Shown piece by piece: positions 47,575 to 58,648 of a stretch of 64,000 nucleotides of DNA (position 1 is its first letter; each line of letters starts with the position of its first letter). This DNA is from Candidatus Rokuibacteriota bacterium (GTDB lineage: Bacteria > Methylomirabilota > Methylomirabilia > Rokubacteriales > CSP1-6). The translations under genes were made by a program, and so were the position numbers. A model generated the notes under the pieces. The model was not told where the DNA came from, ran no database searches, and worked only from the letters and a program-made list of their open reading frames with translations. The stretch spans positions 19,666 through 83,665 of the forward strand of contig QHRU01000040.1 of NCBI GenBank assembly GCA_003220225.1, given 5' to 3'.

Positions 47575-47658
47575 CAGTCATCACGCACGCCGCGCGCGAT
47601 TCGGTCGGTGCCCATGGGGGCCCGTAGCGCGGCGGAGGATAACCGAAGGAGGAAGAAT

Positions 47659-49019
<1,361 letters not shown>

Positions 49020-49023
49020 GCCG

Positions 49024-49767
49024 GTGACGGCGGCAGCGGCCGCCGGGCGCCCCGTGTATCGCCGCATCGTCCTGAAGCTCTCCGGAGAAGCGCTCGCGGG
49101 GAGCCAGGGCTACGGCATCGATCCGCCCGTGCTCGACCGCGTCGGGGAAGAGGTGCGCGCCGTGACCGAGCTCGGCGTGCAAGTCGCCATCGTCATCGGC
49201 GGCGGCAACATCTTCCGCGGCATCGCCGCCAGCGCCGCCGGCATGGACCGGGCCACCGCCGACTACATGGGGATGCTGGCGACGATCATCAACTCGCTGG
49301 CCCTCCAGGACGCGCTGGAGAAGGCGGGGCTGCAGACGCGCGTGCTCTCGGCGATCGAGATGCGCGCGGTGGCCGAGCCCTACATCCGCCGGCGCGCCAT
49401 CCGCCATCTCGAGAAGGGCCGCGTGGTGATCTTTGCGGCGGGCACCGGCAACCCGTTCTTCACCACGGACACCGCCGGCGCCTTGCGCGCGGTGGAGATC
49501 GGCGCCGATGCCATCATCAAGGCGACCAAGGTCGACGGCATCTACACGGCCGACCCCAAGCTCGACCGCAACGCGCGGCGGCTCGAGAGGGTCACGTACA
49601 TCGAGGTGCTGAACCAGGGCCTCGGCGTCATGGACACCACCGCCATCTCGCTCTGCATGGACAACAAGCTGCCGATCATCGTGTTCGACCTCACGCAGGC
49701 CGGCAACATCAAGCGCCTCGTGCTCGGCGAGCCCGTGGGCTCGATCGTCTCGTCGTCGGCGGGGTAA
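49024..49767 (+). CDS. pyrH: UMP kinase
   Basis: [19 protein letters not shown] motifs; GTG start with GGAGG 9 nt upstream. Confidence 0.85.
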   Translation: MTAAAAAGRPVYRRIVLKLSGEALAGSQGYGIDPPVLDRVGEEVRAVTELGVQVAIVIGGGNIFRGIAASAAGMDRATADYMGMLATIINSLALQDALEKAGLQTRVLSAIEMRAVAEPYIRRRAIRHLEKGRVVIFAAGTGNPFFTTDTAGALRAVEIGADAIIKATKVDGIYTADPKLDRNARRLERVTYIEVLNQGLGVMDTTAISLCMDNKLPIIVFDLTQAGNIKRLVLGEPVGSIVSSSAG

Positions 49768-49779
49768 GGAGGAGACGGC

Positions 49780-50340
49780 ATGCAGACGGTGCTGAAGGAT
49801 CTCGACGCGCGCATGAACGGCGCCCTCGAGGTGCTCGGGCGCGAGTTCGCCGGGGTGCGGACGGGCCGCGCCTCCGCGGGACTGCTCGAGAGCATCCGAG
49901 TGGACTACTACGGCAATCCGACGCCCATCAGTCAGATGGCCTCGGTCTCCGTGCCCGACGCGCGCACGCTCATGATCCAGCCGTGGGAGGCCGCCCAGCT
50001 CAAGGAGGTCGAGAAGGCGATCATGAAGTCCGACCTCGGCATCCAGCCGGTGAACGACGGCAAGGTCATCCGACTCACGATGCCGACGCCGACCGAGGAG
50101 CGCCGCAAGCAGCTCGTCAAGAACGTCCACAAGATGGCTGAGGACGCGCGGGTGGCCGTGCGCAACGTGCGCCGCGAGGCCAACGACAAGCTGAAGGCGC
50201 TCGCCAAGGACAAGAGGGCGCCGATCACCGAGGACGACGAGCGCCGCGGCCACGACCAGATCCAGAAGACGACCGACAAGTTCATCGCCAGGATCGACGA
50301 GCTCCTGAAGAAGAAGGAGCAGGAGATCATGTCCTTCTGA
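49780..50340 (+). CDS. frr: Ribosome recycling factor
   Basis: 186 aa, full-length RRF similarity. Confidence 0.9.
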   Translation: MQTVLKDLDARMNGALEVLGREFAGVRTGRASAGLLESIRVDYYGNPTPISQMASVSVPDARTLMIQPWEAAQLKEVEKAIMKSDLGIQPVNDGKVIRLTMPTPTEERRKQLVKNVHKMAEDARVAVRNVRREANDKLKALAKDKRAPITEDDERRGHDQIQKTTDKFIARIDELLKKKEQEIMSF

Positions 50341-51083
50341 TGGCCGTCACCGCCGAGTCCGCGCTGCTGGAGGCCGTCCGCGCGCACCCGGTGCCCGCCC
50401 ACGTCGCCATCATCATGGACGGCAACGGGCGCTGGGCGACCCAGCGCGGCCTGCCGCGCGTGGCCGGCCATCGCGAGGGCGTGAAGGCGGCGCGCGCGAT
50501 CGTCCGCGCCGCCGACGCGGCCGGGCTGCGCTTCCTCACGCTCTACGCGTTCTCCACGGAGAACTGGAACCGCCCGGAGGACGAGGTCACAATGCTGATG
50601 CGGCTGCTCGAGGAGTCGATCTATCGCGAGCTGCCGGACCTCATGGAGAACAAGGTGCGGCTGCGCGTGATCGGGCGCACGGCCGGCGTGCCGCTGCCCG
50701 TCCGTCGCGGGCTCGAGCACGTCGCGCTCGAGACGCGCGACAACCCGGGCCTCACGCTCCTCGTCGCCTTCAACTACGGCGGGCGCGACGAGCTGCTCGA
50801 CGCCTTTCGCGTCCTCGCGCGGCGCGTGCAGGCGGGCGAGCTGGCGCCGGACGCGGTGTCGGAGGCGGACATCAGCCGCGCGCTCTACACCGAGGGCCTG
50901 CCGGATCCCGACCTGCTCATCCGCACGAGCGGCGAGATGCGCGTCTCGAACTTCCTGCTGTGGCAGATCGCCTATACCGAGCTCTGGATGACGCCGACGC
51001 TCTGGCCCGACTTCGGCCCCTCGGATCTCTATCGCGCCATCGCCGACTACCAGCGCCGCGACCGCCGCTTCGGTGGGGTGTGA
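50340..51083 (+). CDS. uppS: Undecaprenyl diphosphate synthase
   Basis: HVAIIMDGNGRWA, cis-prenyltransferase signature. Confidence 0.85.
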   Translation: MAVTAESALLEAVRAHPVPAHVAIIMDGNGRWATQRGLPRVAGHREGVKAARAIVRAADAAGLRFLTLYAFSTENWNRPEDEVTMLMRLLEESIYRELPDLMENKVRLRVIGRTAGVPLPVRRGLEHVALETRDNPGLTLLVAFNYGGRDELLDAFRVLARRVQAGELAPDAVSEADISRALYTEGLPDPDLLIRTSGEMRVSNFLLWQIAYTELWMTPTLWPDFGPSDLYRAIADYQRRDRRFGGV

Positions 51084-51084
51084 C

Positions 51085-51939
51085 ATGGCCATGCCGACCA
51101 GTGTCGCGTTGGGCGCGCCCCGCGGGTCGGGCATCCTGAAGCGCCTGCTCAGCGCCCTCGTGCTGCTGCCGGTGTTCCTGCTCATCGTCGTCAAGGCGCC
51201 GGGGTGGATGTTCAACACGCTCGTCGTGATCGCCAGCGCCGCCGCGCTGTGGGAGGTCGTGCGTCTCTTCGAGCAGGCCGGGCGCCCGGTGGACCGCGTC
51301 CTCGCCCTCGTGACGGGCGTGGGCGTCACCGCGTCGTTCGGCGCCTCGCGGCTGCTCGAGCCCAACGCGCTGCCCGTCTTCAGCCTGATGATGGCCGTGG
51401 TGGCCGTGCTGGCGGCGCCGGTGTGGCGCGGCACGCCGGACGTCGAGCGCTCTGCGAACACGCTGCTCGCCATCACGTACGTCGGCTGGCTGCTCGGCTT
51501 CGGCATCCTGCTGCACCACGCCTCGCCGCTCGGCGACGAGCTGGTGCTCTACGTCGTCGGCGTGACGTGGGTCGGCGAGACGGCCGCCTATGTCGTCGGC
51601 TCGACCCTGGGACGCCGCAAGCTGGCGCCCGTGATCAGCCCCAAGAAGTCGGTGGAGGGCGCGCTGGCCCAGGTGGTGGCGTCCATCGCGACCGGCGCCG
51701 CGGTCGGCGCGTGGCTGCTGCCCACGTGCGGCGCGGGACTCTGGCTCGGCGCCGGCGCGCTCCTGGGCGTGGTCGGCCAGTTCGGCGACCTCGCGGAATC
51801 CGCGATCAAGCGCAGCGCGGGGGCCAAGGACACGGGGGCGTTGATCCCCGGCCACGGCGGGGTGCTCGACCGGATCGACAGCCTGCTCTTCAACCTGCCG
51901 GCCTTCTACTACTTCTCACGGCTCGCGGGGTGCGCATGA
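51085..51939 (+). CDS. cdsA: Phosphatidate cytidylyltransferase
   Basis: Multi-TM; C-terminal CTP-transferase signature (SxxKRxxxxKDxGxxxPGHGGxxDRxDS). Confidence 0.8.
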   Translation: MAMPTSVALGAPRGSGILKRLLSALVLLPVFLLIVVKAPGWMFNTLVVIASAAALWEVVRLFEQAGRPVDRVLALVTGVGVTASFGASRLLEPNALPVFSLMMAVVAVLAAPVWRGTPDVERSANTLLAITYVGWLLGFGILLHHASPLGDELVLYVVGVTWVGETAAYVVGSTLGRRKLAPVISPKKSVEGALAQVVASIATGAAVGAWLLPTCGAGLWLGAGALLGVVGQFGDLAESAIKRSAGAKDTGALIPGHGGVLDRIDSLLFNLPAFYYFSRLAGCA

Positions 51940-53108
51940 AGCGCATCACGCTGCTCGGCGCCACCGGCTCGATCGGCCTGCGCACACTCGAGCTCGTCTC
52001 CGGCTTCCCCGAGGAGTTCGCGGTGGCCGGCATGGCCGCGCGCGGCTCCAACCCCGAGCTGATCGCCGACCTGTGCCGGAAGTACGCGCCGGCGGCGGTG
52101 GCGTTGCTGGAGCCGGCGGCCGTGGACGCGCTGGCGCGGCTGCTGCCGGCGCCGCGGCCCGAGCTGCTGTCGGGGATCGACGGGCTCGTGGCCCTCGCGC
52201 GTGACGTCGACGCCGACGTCGTGCTCTCGGCGCTCGTGGGCGGCGTCGGCCTGCTGCCGACGATGGCGGCCATCCAGGCCGGGCGCACGATGGCCCTGGC
52301 CAACAAGGAAACGCTGGTGATGGCCGGGCGCCTCATGACCGCCGCTGCGCGCGCCCGGGGCGTGTCGTTGCTGCCCGTAGACTCCGAGCACAGCGCGGTC
52401 TTCCAGTGCCTCGTCGGCCACAATCGCGGCGACGTTCACCGGGTCCTCCTCACGGCCTCGGGGGGGCCGTTCCGCGAGCTGCCCAAGGCGAAGTTCGAGT
52501 CGGTGACGGTGGAGGACGCGCTGCGCCACCCGACCTGGAAGATGGGCGCCAAGATCACCATCGATTCCGCCACCCTCATGAACAAGGGCCTCGAGGTGAT
52601 CGAGGCGCGCTGGCTCTTCGACCTGGCGCCCGACCAGGTGCAGGTGGTCATCCACCCGCAGTCGATCGTGCACTCGATGGTGGAGTACATCGACGGCTCG
52701 GTGATCGCCCAGCTCGGCGTCGCCGACATGGGCATCCCGATCCTCTACGCGCTCACCTTCCCGGAGCGGCGGCCGACGCCGTCCGCCCGGCTCGACCTCA
52801 CGCGGACGGGGCCGCTCACGTTCGAGTCGCCCGACCCCGACCGCTTCCCGGCCCTGCGGCTGGCGCGCGCCGCCCTCGAGCAGGGCGGCGCGGCGCCCGT
52901 GGTGCTCAACGCGGCCAACGAGCTCGCGGTGGCCGCCTTCCTCGAGCGCCGCATCGGATTTCCCGAGATCACGCAATCGATCGAGCGCGCGCTGGCCGCG
53001 GAGCCGCCGGCCGAGCTCGGATCCATCGAGGAGTGCGTCGAGGTCGACGCGCGCACGCGACGCCGCGTGCGCGACTGGATCGCCGCGCGCTCCGGAGGCA
53101 GGTCGTGA
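51936..53108 (+). CDS. dxr: 1-deoxy-D-xylulose 5-phosphate reductoisomerase
   Basis: LLGATGSIG, LANKETLV, DSEHSA motifs. Confidence 0.9.
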   Translation: MKRITLLGATGSIGLRTLELVSGFPEEFAVAGMAARGSNPELIADLCRKYAPAAVALLEPAAVDALARLLPAPRPELLSGIDGLVALARDVDADVVLSALVGGVGLLPTMAAIQAGRTMALANKETLVMAGRLMTAAARARGVSLLPVDSEHSAVFQCLVGHNRGDVHRVLLTASGGPFRELPKAKFESVTVEDALRHPTWKMGAKITIDSATLMNKGLEVIEARWLFDLAPDQVQVVIHPQSIVHSMVEYIDGSVIAQLGVADMGIPILYALTFPERRPTPSARLDLTRTGPLTFESPDPDRFPALRLARAALEQGGAAPVVLNAANELAVAAFLERRIGFPEITQSIERALAAEPPAELGSIEECVEVDARTRRRVRDWIAARSGGRS

Positions 53109-54493
53109 CAGTGACAGTCGACGTTCTCGTCATGGTGCTGCGGTTCATCGTCGTCATCGGCGTCTTGATCCTCGTGCACGAGCTCGGTCACTTCTTCGTG
53201 GCGCGGCTCACCGGCGTGGGCGTCGAGCGCTTCTCGATCGGCTTCGGCCCCGTCCTGGTGCGCTGGCGCGGCCGGGAGACCGAGTACTGCCTGTCGCTGA
53301 TCCCGATGGGCGGGTACGTGAAGATGATGGGCGAGGAGAGCCCGATCGAGGGCGGCGAGGCGATGCCCTACGACCCCAAGAAGGCGTTCGCGCTCAAGCC
53401 GCTGTGGGCGCGATTCCTCATCGTCTTCGCCGGCCCCGGCATGAACTTCGTCCTCGCCGTGGCCATCTTCGCGGTCGTGTTCGCGACCTTCGGCCGTCCG
53501 GTGTGGCCCGCCGTCGTCGGCCGCGTCCTCGACGGCAGCCCGGCCGCCGCCGCCGGGATCAGGAGCGGCGACACCGTGGTGGAGGTGAACGGGCGGCGCG
53601 TCAGCTACTGGGAGGACCTCGAGCGCACGCTTGCCGACTCCGGTGGGCGGCCGGTCACCGCGCGCGTGAAGCGCGCCGACGGCGAGCAGACGGTCACCGT
53701 GACGCCGCGTCGCAAGACGGTGATCGATCCCATCTTCGGCGAGCGGCGCGAGGTGTGGGACATCGGCGCCGGGCCGCACCTCATTCCCCAGATCAGCTCG
53801 GTGCTCGCCGACTCGCCGGCGCAGCGCGCCGGGCTCCAGCCGGGCGACGTCGTGCTGGCGGTGGCGGGGCAGCCCGTGTACACGCCCGAGGACCTCGTGG
53901 AGGTGATCCGCACGCGGCCCGGGCGGCCGTTCCCGATCACCGTGGAGCGCGGCGGCAGGACGCTGACGCTCACGGTCACGCCGCGCGCGGTGCCCGAAAA
54001 GGCGCCGGCGACCGGCCAGGAGACCACCGTCGGCAAGATCGACGCCCACATCGCGACGAAGTCGGTGCGCTTCGAGCCCTACGGGCCCGTGGACGCCGTC
54101 GAGCACGGCGTGGTGCGCACGTGGGACGTGACCGGGCTCACGCTCAAGGGCCTCTGGAAGCTCGTCTCGCGGCAGATCGACTCGTCGAACATCGGCGGGC
54201 CGATCCAGATCGCGACCGAAGCGGGGCGCCAGGCCAAGGAAGGGCTGGGGCCGCTGGCGATCTTCACCGCCTTCATCAGCGTGAACCTGGCCGTGCTCAA
54301 CCTGCTGCCGGTGCCGATGCTCGACGGCGGGCATCTCTTCTTCTTCGTGATCGAGGCGATCCTGGGCCGCCCGCTGTCGCTCAAGAAGCGGGAGGCGGCC
54401 CAGCAGCTCGGCTTCGTGCTGTTGATGCTGCTCATGGTCTACGCGCTCTACAACGACCTGGTGCGGATCGACGCGTTCAAGTTCTTCAGATAG
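53105..54493 (+). CDS. rseP: RIP site-2 zinc metalloprotease RseP
   Basis: HELGH zinc motif, PDZ domain, LDG motif in C-terminal TM. Confidence 0.85.
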   Translation: MTVTVDVLVMVLRFIVVIGVLILVHELGHFFVARLTGVGVERFSIGFGPVLVRWRGRETEYCLSLIPMGGYVKMMGEESPIEGGEAMPYDPKKAFALKPLWARFLIVFAGPGMNFVLAVAIFAVVFATFGRPVWPAVVGRVLDGSPAAAAGIRSGDTVVEVNGRRVSYWEDLERTLADSGGRPVTARVKRADGEQTVTVTPRRKTVIDPIFGERREVWDIGAGPHLIPQISSVLADSPAQRAGLQPGDVVLAVAGQPVYTPEDLVEVIRTRPGRPFPITVERGGRTLTLTVTPRAVPEKAPATGQETTVGKIDAHIATKSVRFEPYGPVDAVEHGVVRTWDVTGLTLKGLWKLVSRQIDSSNIGGPIQIATEAGRQAKEGLGPLAIFTAFISVNLAVLNLLPVPMLDGGHLFFFVIEAILGRPLSLKKREAAQQLGFVLLMLLMVYALYNDLVRIDAFKFFR

Positions 54494-54505
54494 GGACGGG
54501 GGGAC

Positions 54506-56029
54506 ATGATCAATCGGCGCAAGACGCGGCAGATCCAGATCGGCAACGTCAAGGTGGGCGGCGGCGCGCCCATCACCGTGCAGTCGATGACCAAGACCGA
54601 CACGCGGGACGTGCAGGCGACGCTGCTCGAGATCTGGTCGCTGGAGGCCGCCGGCTGCGACATCGTGCGCTGCGCGGTGCCCGTGCGCGAGGCCGCCGAG
54701 AAGCTCGGTGAGATCAAGCGCCAGATCCGCATCCCGCTCGTGGCCGACATCCACTTCAATTACAAGCTCGCCCTCATCGCGCTGGAGCAGGGCGTGGACG
54801 GGCTGCGGCTGAACCCCGGCAACATCGGTGGCAAGAAGTTCGTGATGGAGGTCGTGAGCCTCGCCAAGGATCGCAAGATCCCGATCCGCATCGGCGTGAA
54901 TGCGGGCTCGCTGGAGAAAGACCTCCTCGACAAGTACAACGGACCCACGGCTCAAGGAATGGTCGAATCGGCCCTCCGCCACATCCACATCCTCGAGGAG
55001 TGCGATTACCCAGAGATGAAGGTCTCGCTCAAGGCCTCCGACCCGCTGATGATGATCGAGGCCTACCGGATGCTCGCCGACCAGGTCGACTACCCGTTCC
55101 ATCTCGGGGTGACCGAGGCGGGCACACCGGGCGTGGGGACCATCAAGTCCTCCGTCGGCCTCGGCGCCGTGCTCTCGCAGGGCATCGGCGACACCATCCG
55201 CGTGTCGCTCTCCGCCGATCCGACCGAGGAGGTGCGCGTCGGCATCGACATCCTCAAGGCGCTGGGCCTGCGCAAGGGTGGCCTCACCTTCGTCTCGTGC
55301 CCGTCGTGCGGCCGCGCCGACGTGGATCTCGTCAAGCTCGCGAAGGAGGTCGAGGACGAGTTCCGCGGCCTCAACGAGGAGATCCACATCGCGGTCATGG
55401 GGTGCGTGCCGGAGGGCCAGCCGGTGATCACCCCCGCCGGGGCGACGCCGATCGAGAGCGTCGACGAGGGCGCGGAGGTCCTGACGCACGAGGGTGAATA
55501 CAGAAAAGTGTTGTGGGCGACGCGCCACGCGTTCGATGGCGAGCTCATCGAGATCCGCCCGGTGGGCTTCGCGCCTTTCCGGGTGACCCCGAATCATCCG
55601 ATTCTCGCCGCTCCGCGCGCTCAGGCCGAGCGGGAGTGGGTGCGCGCCGACCGCCTCGCGGCTGGCTGGGTCCTGGCGTATCCGGTTCCCGAAGAGAACG
55701 TCGAGCGTGCCCGCGTCGCCACGGCTGACGTCGTCGAAGTCCGCCGGGTGCAGTACACCGGTCACGTCCATAATCTCGAGGTCGACGGCATCCACTCGTA
55801 CGCGGTCTCGGGCGCGGCTCTGCACAACTGCGAAGTCAACGGCCCCGGCGAGGCGCGCGCGGCGGACATCGGCGTGGCGGGCGGGCGCGGGATCGGGCTC
55901 ATCTTCAAGGGCGGCGAGGTCATCCGGAAAGTCCCGGAGGCGGAGATCGTGAGCGCCATGCGCGAGGAAGTGGACAAGTTCGTCGCCGAGCGCAAGGCGG
56001 CGAAGGCGACGGCGGGAGCGGACGACTGA
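54506..56029 (+). CDS. ispG: 4-hydroxy-3-methylbut-2-enyl diphosphate synthase IspG (GcpE), interrupted by a 142-aa mini-intein
   Basis: 507 aa vs about 365-370 aa typical; TIM-barrel N-domain and Fe-S domain (SCPSCGR ... MG|C..VNGPGE) with insertion between MG and CEVNGPGE. Confidence 0.9.
   Translation: MINRRKTRQIQIGNVKVGGGAPITVQSMTKTDTRDVQATLLEIWSLEAAGCDIVRCAVPVREAAEKLGEIKRQIRIPLVADIHFNYKLALIALEQGVDGLRLNPGNIGGKKFVMEVVSLAKDRKIPIRIGVNAGSLEKDLLDKYNGPTAQGMVESALRHIHILEECDYPEMKVSLKASDPLMMIEAYRMLADQVDYPFHLGVTEAGTPGVGTIKSSVGLGAVLSQGIGDTIRVSLSADPTEEVRVGIDILKALGLRKGGLTFVSCPSCGRADVDLVKLAKEVEDEFRGLNEEIHIAVMGCVPEGQPVITPAGATPIESVDEGAEVLTHEGEYRKVLWATRHAFDGELIEIRPVGFAPFRVTPNHPILAAPRAQAEREWVRADRLAAGWVLAYPVPEENVERARVATADVVEVRRVQYTGHVHNLEVDGIHSYAVSGAALHNCEVNGPGEARAADIGVAGGRGIGLIFKGGEVIRKVPEAEIVSAMREEVDKFVAERKAAKATAGADD
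55403..55828 (+). mobile_element. Mini-intein (Hint domain only, no endonuclease domain) in ispG
   Basis: Starts with Cys (CVPEGQPVIT... block A), TxxH block B (VTPNHPI), block F/G (VHNLEVDGIHSYAVSGAALHN) ending HN followed by +1 Cys; excision restores AVMG-CEVNGPGE. Confidence 0.8.
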
Positions 56030-56361
56030 TGGGCCAATACGACGTCCACGTATTCGTGTGCACCAGCGGCGACGACTGTCCGACGAAGGCCAATGTCGAG
56101 GACTTCGTGAAATACCTGCGTGGCGAGGTCGTCAAGGCCGGCCGCCAGGGAGACGTCCGGATCAACAAGGCCGGCTGCTTCTCGCAGTGCGGCCATGGGC
56201 CGATGATCGTCGTGTACCCGGAGAACGTCTGGTACGCCGGCGTCAAGCAAGAGGACCTGCAGGAGATCGCGCAGTCGCACATCCTCGGCGGCAAGCCGGT
56301 CGCGCGGCTCGTCTACGCGCCGGGCGTGAAGGGCGCCAACAAGACGAAAGACGCGAAGTAG
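56029..56361 (+). CDS. Thioredoxin-like [2Fe-2S] ferredoxin
   Basis: 110 aa; CxxxxC ... CxxxC spacing (CTSGDDC, CFSQC) of Trx-like 2Fe-2S ferredoxins; start overlaps ispG stop, stop abuts proS ATG. Confidence 0.7.
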   Translation: MGQYDVHVFVCTSGDDCPTKANVEDFVKYLRGEVVKAGRQGDVRINKAGCFSQCGHGPMIVVYPENVWYAGVKQEDLQEIAQSHILGGKPVARLVYAPGVKGANKTKDAK

Positions 56362-58050
56362 ATGCGGCTGTCGAAGTCGCTCGTCCCCACCCTGCGCGAG
56401 GATCCCGCGGACGCGGAGGCGATCAGCCACAAGCTGATGCTCCGCGCGGGGCTCGTGCGTCAGCTCGCCGCGGGCATCTATGTCTGGCTGCCCCTCGGCC
56501 AGCGTGTACTCGATCGCATCAACGCCATCATCCGCGAGGAGATGAACGCGATCGGCGGGCAGGAGATGACCATGCCCGTCCTGCATCCCGCGGAGATCTG
56601 GCGCGACTCCGGCCGCTGGGACGCCATCGGCCCCGAGATGTTCCGGCTCAAGGACCGCAACGACCGGGACATGTGCCTGGCCATGACGCACGAAGAGGTC
56701 ATCGCGTGGCTGGCCGCGCGCGAGATCCGGTCGTATCGCGACCTGCCGCAGATCTGGTACCAGATCCAGACGAAGGAGCGCGACGAGGCGCGGCCGCGCT
56801 CGGGCGTGCTGCGCACGCGCGAGTTCGTCATGAAGGACTCCTACACGCTCGACCCCGACGTGGCCGCGCTCGACCGCTCGTACGCCGCGCACGAGGCCGC
56901 CTACCGGAAGATCTTCGACCGCTGCGGCCTGACATATCGCGTCGTGCAGTCCGACACCGGGATGATGGGCGGCCTCGGCGCCCACGAGTTCATGGCGCCG
57001 AGCGCGGCGGGCGAGGACGAGATCGCGATCTGCGGGGGCTGCGGCTACGCCGCCAACGTCGAGCTCGCGCGCGGCGTGCCGGAGGCGCCGGTGTTTCCGA
57101 GCTGGACGCGCGAAGAGGTCGCGACGCCGAACGCCAGGACGATCGCCGAGGTGGCGGCGTTTCTGAAGATCGATCCGCGGCTCACGATCAAGTCGCTGCT
57201 GTTCGTCGCGCCGAAGGCGGGGCGCGTGCTGGTGCTGGTGCGCGGCGACCACAACCTGCACGAGCGCAAGCTCGCCCGCGCGCTCGGCGAAGAGGCGCGC
57301 CCCGGTCATCCCGAGGAGGTGCTCCAGCACTTGAACGCTCCGGTCGGCTCCGTGGGGCCGGTGGGCGCGCGCGTGCCGATCCTGGCCGACGAGGCGCTCC
57401 GCGAGGGGACCTACGTCGTCGGCGCGAACCGCGAGGGCTTCCACCTGCGCGGCGTCGTTCCGGGGCGCGACTTCCAGGCGCGCTTCGTCGATCTCCACGC
57501 GGTGGCCGCCGGCGAGGCGTGCGGGCACTGCGGCAAGGCGCTCGAGGTCGAGCGCGTCATCGAGATCGGCAACATCTTCAAGCTCGGCACCAAGTACTCC
57601 GAGGGGCTGAACGCGAAGTACCTCGACGAGTCGGGGCAGGAGCGCCCGATCGTCATGGGCTCCTACGGCATCGGGCCCGCCCGCATCGCCGCCACCGCGA
57701 TCGAGCAGGGCGCCGACGCCGACGGCATCGTGTGGCCCGCGTCGATCGCGCCCTTCGACGTCCACATCGTGCTCGTGAGCCTGCGCGACCAGGCGCAGAT
57801 CGCGGCCGCCGAGTCCATCTACGCCGCGTGCCGGGCGGCCGGGCTGCAGGCGCTGCTGGACGATCGCGACGAGCGGCCCGGCGTGAAGTTCAAGGACGCC
57901 GACCTGCTCGGCGTCCCCGTCCGCGTGACCGTCGGCAACGCGCTCGCAAAGGAGGGCGTGGTCGAGGTCAAGGAGCGCCGGGCGCCTCGCCGCGAGCAGC
58001 GCGTCGCTCCGGGCGCCGTCGTAGAGGCGATTCGCGCGCTCGCGCGCTGA
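56362..58050 (+). CDS. proS: Proline--tRNA ligase (bacterial type with editing insertion domain)
   Basis: 562 aa; class II aaRS motifs and C-terminal anticodon-binding domain. Confidence 0.9.
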   Translation: MRLSKSLVPTLREDPADAEAISHKLMLRAGLVRQLAAGIYVWLPLGQRVLDRINAIIREEMNAIGGQEMTMPVLHPAEIWRDSGRWDAIGPEMFRLKDRNDRDMCLAMTHEEVIAWLAAREIRSYRDLPQIWYQIQTKERDEARPRSGVLRTREFVMKDSYTLDPDVAALDRSYAAHEAAYRKIFDRCGLTYRVVQSDTGMMGGLGAHEFMAPSAAGEDEIAICGGCGYAANVELARGVPEAPVFPSWTREEVATPNARTIAEVAAFLKIDPRLTIKSLLFVAPKAGRVLVLVRGDHNLHERKLARALGEEARPGHPEEVLQHLNAPVGSVGPVGARVPILADEALREGTYVVGANREGFHLRGVVPGRDFQARFVDLHAVAAGEACGHCGKALEVERVIEIGNIFKLGTKYSEGLNAKYLDESGQERPIVMGSYGIGPARIAATAIEQGADADGIVWPASIAPFDVHIVLVSLRDQAQIAAAESIYAACRAAGLQALLDDRDERPGVKFKDADLLGVPVRVTVGNALAKEGVVEVKERRAPRREQRVAPGAVVEAIRALAR

Positions 58051-58124
58051 CGACGACGCCCTCGGCCGCCCGCCGATCGGTGGGGGCAAACTTGCCTCCG
58101 CCGCCCCCCCGTGCTAAAGTCCTG

Positions 58125-58152
58125 AAAAAGTGGGCGTTGCCCACTTTTTTAC
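58125..58152 (+). terminator. Rho-independent terminator after proS
   Basis: AAAAAGTGGGC-GTT-GCCCACTTTTT hairpin followed by TACTTT. Confidence 0.55.
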
Positions 58153-58168
58153 TTTCGAGTGATCGGTG

Positions 58169-58648
58169 ATGCAGGACGACGAGAGGCAGCTCGAGATCGA
58201 GGGAGTCGTGCAGCCCGTGCTCCGCGATCACGGGTTGATGCTCGTCGACCTGGAGTGGCGGCCGCGCCGGCCCCGGGGCGTGCTGCGCTTGTTCGTGGAC
58301 AAGCCGGGGGGCGTCGGCATCGACGACTGCCAGCGGCTGAGCCGCGAGGTCGGCGACGTGCTCGACGCGTCGGCGTTGATCGAGGAGGCGTACGATCTCG
58401 AGGTTTCGTCGCCGGGGCTGGATCGCCAGCTCCGAACGGATCGAGAATTTCGCTGGGCGGTCGGCAAGCGTGTGTGCTGCTGGCTGGCCGGCGGACAGGA
58501 AGTGCGGGGCCGACTGCTCGGTCTCGACGGCGGGCAGATCGTCCTCGAACAGGACGGCGGCACGGAGGCCAGGCTGGATCGGGCCAGCGTCACGAAGGCC
58601 CGGCTGGAGGCCGAGGTGCCCTGGAGCAAACGGTCGCAGGACAGATGA
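58169..58648 (+). CDS. rimP: Ribosome maturation factor RimP
   Basis: DLEVSSPGLDR signature; upstream of nusA. Confidence 0.8.
   Translation: MQDDERQLEIEGVVQPVLRDHGLMLVDLEWRPRRPRGVLRLFVDKPGGVGIDDCQRLSREVGDVLDASALIEEAYDLEVSSPGLDRQLRTDREFRWAVGKRVCCWLAGGQEVRGRLLGLDGGQIVLEQDGGTEARLDRASVTKARLEAEVPWSKRSQDR

Noticed and set aside
54506-56029. Alternative explanation of the extra IspG segment as a lineage-specific insertion domain or gene fusion
   Set aside because: The segment begins with Cys, ends with His-Asn plus Cys, contains a TxxH block, and precisely interrupts a universally conserved motif. This pattern is specific to inteins rather than accreted domains.
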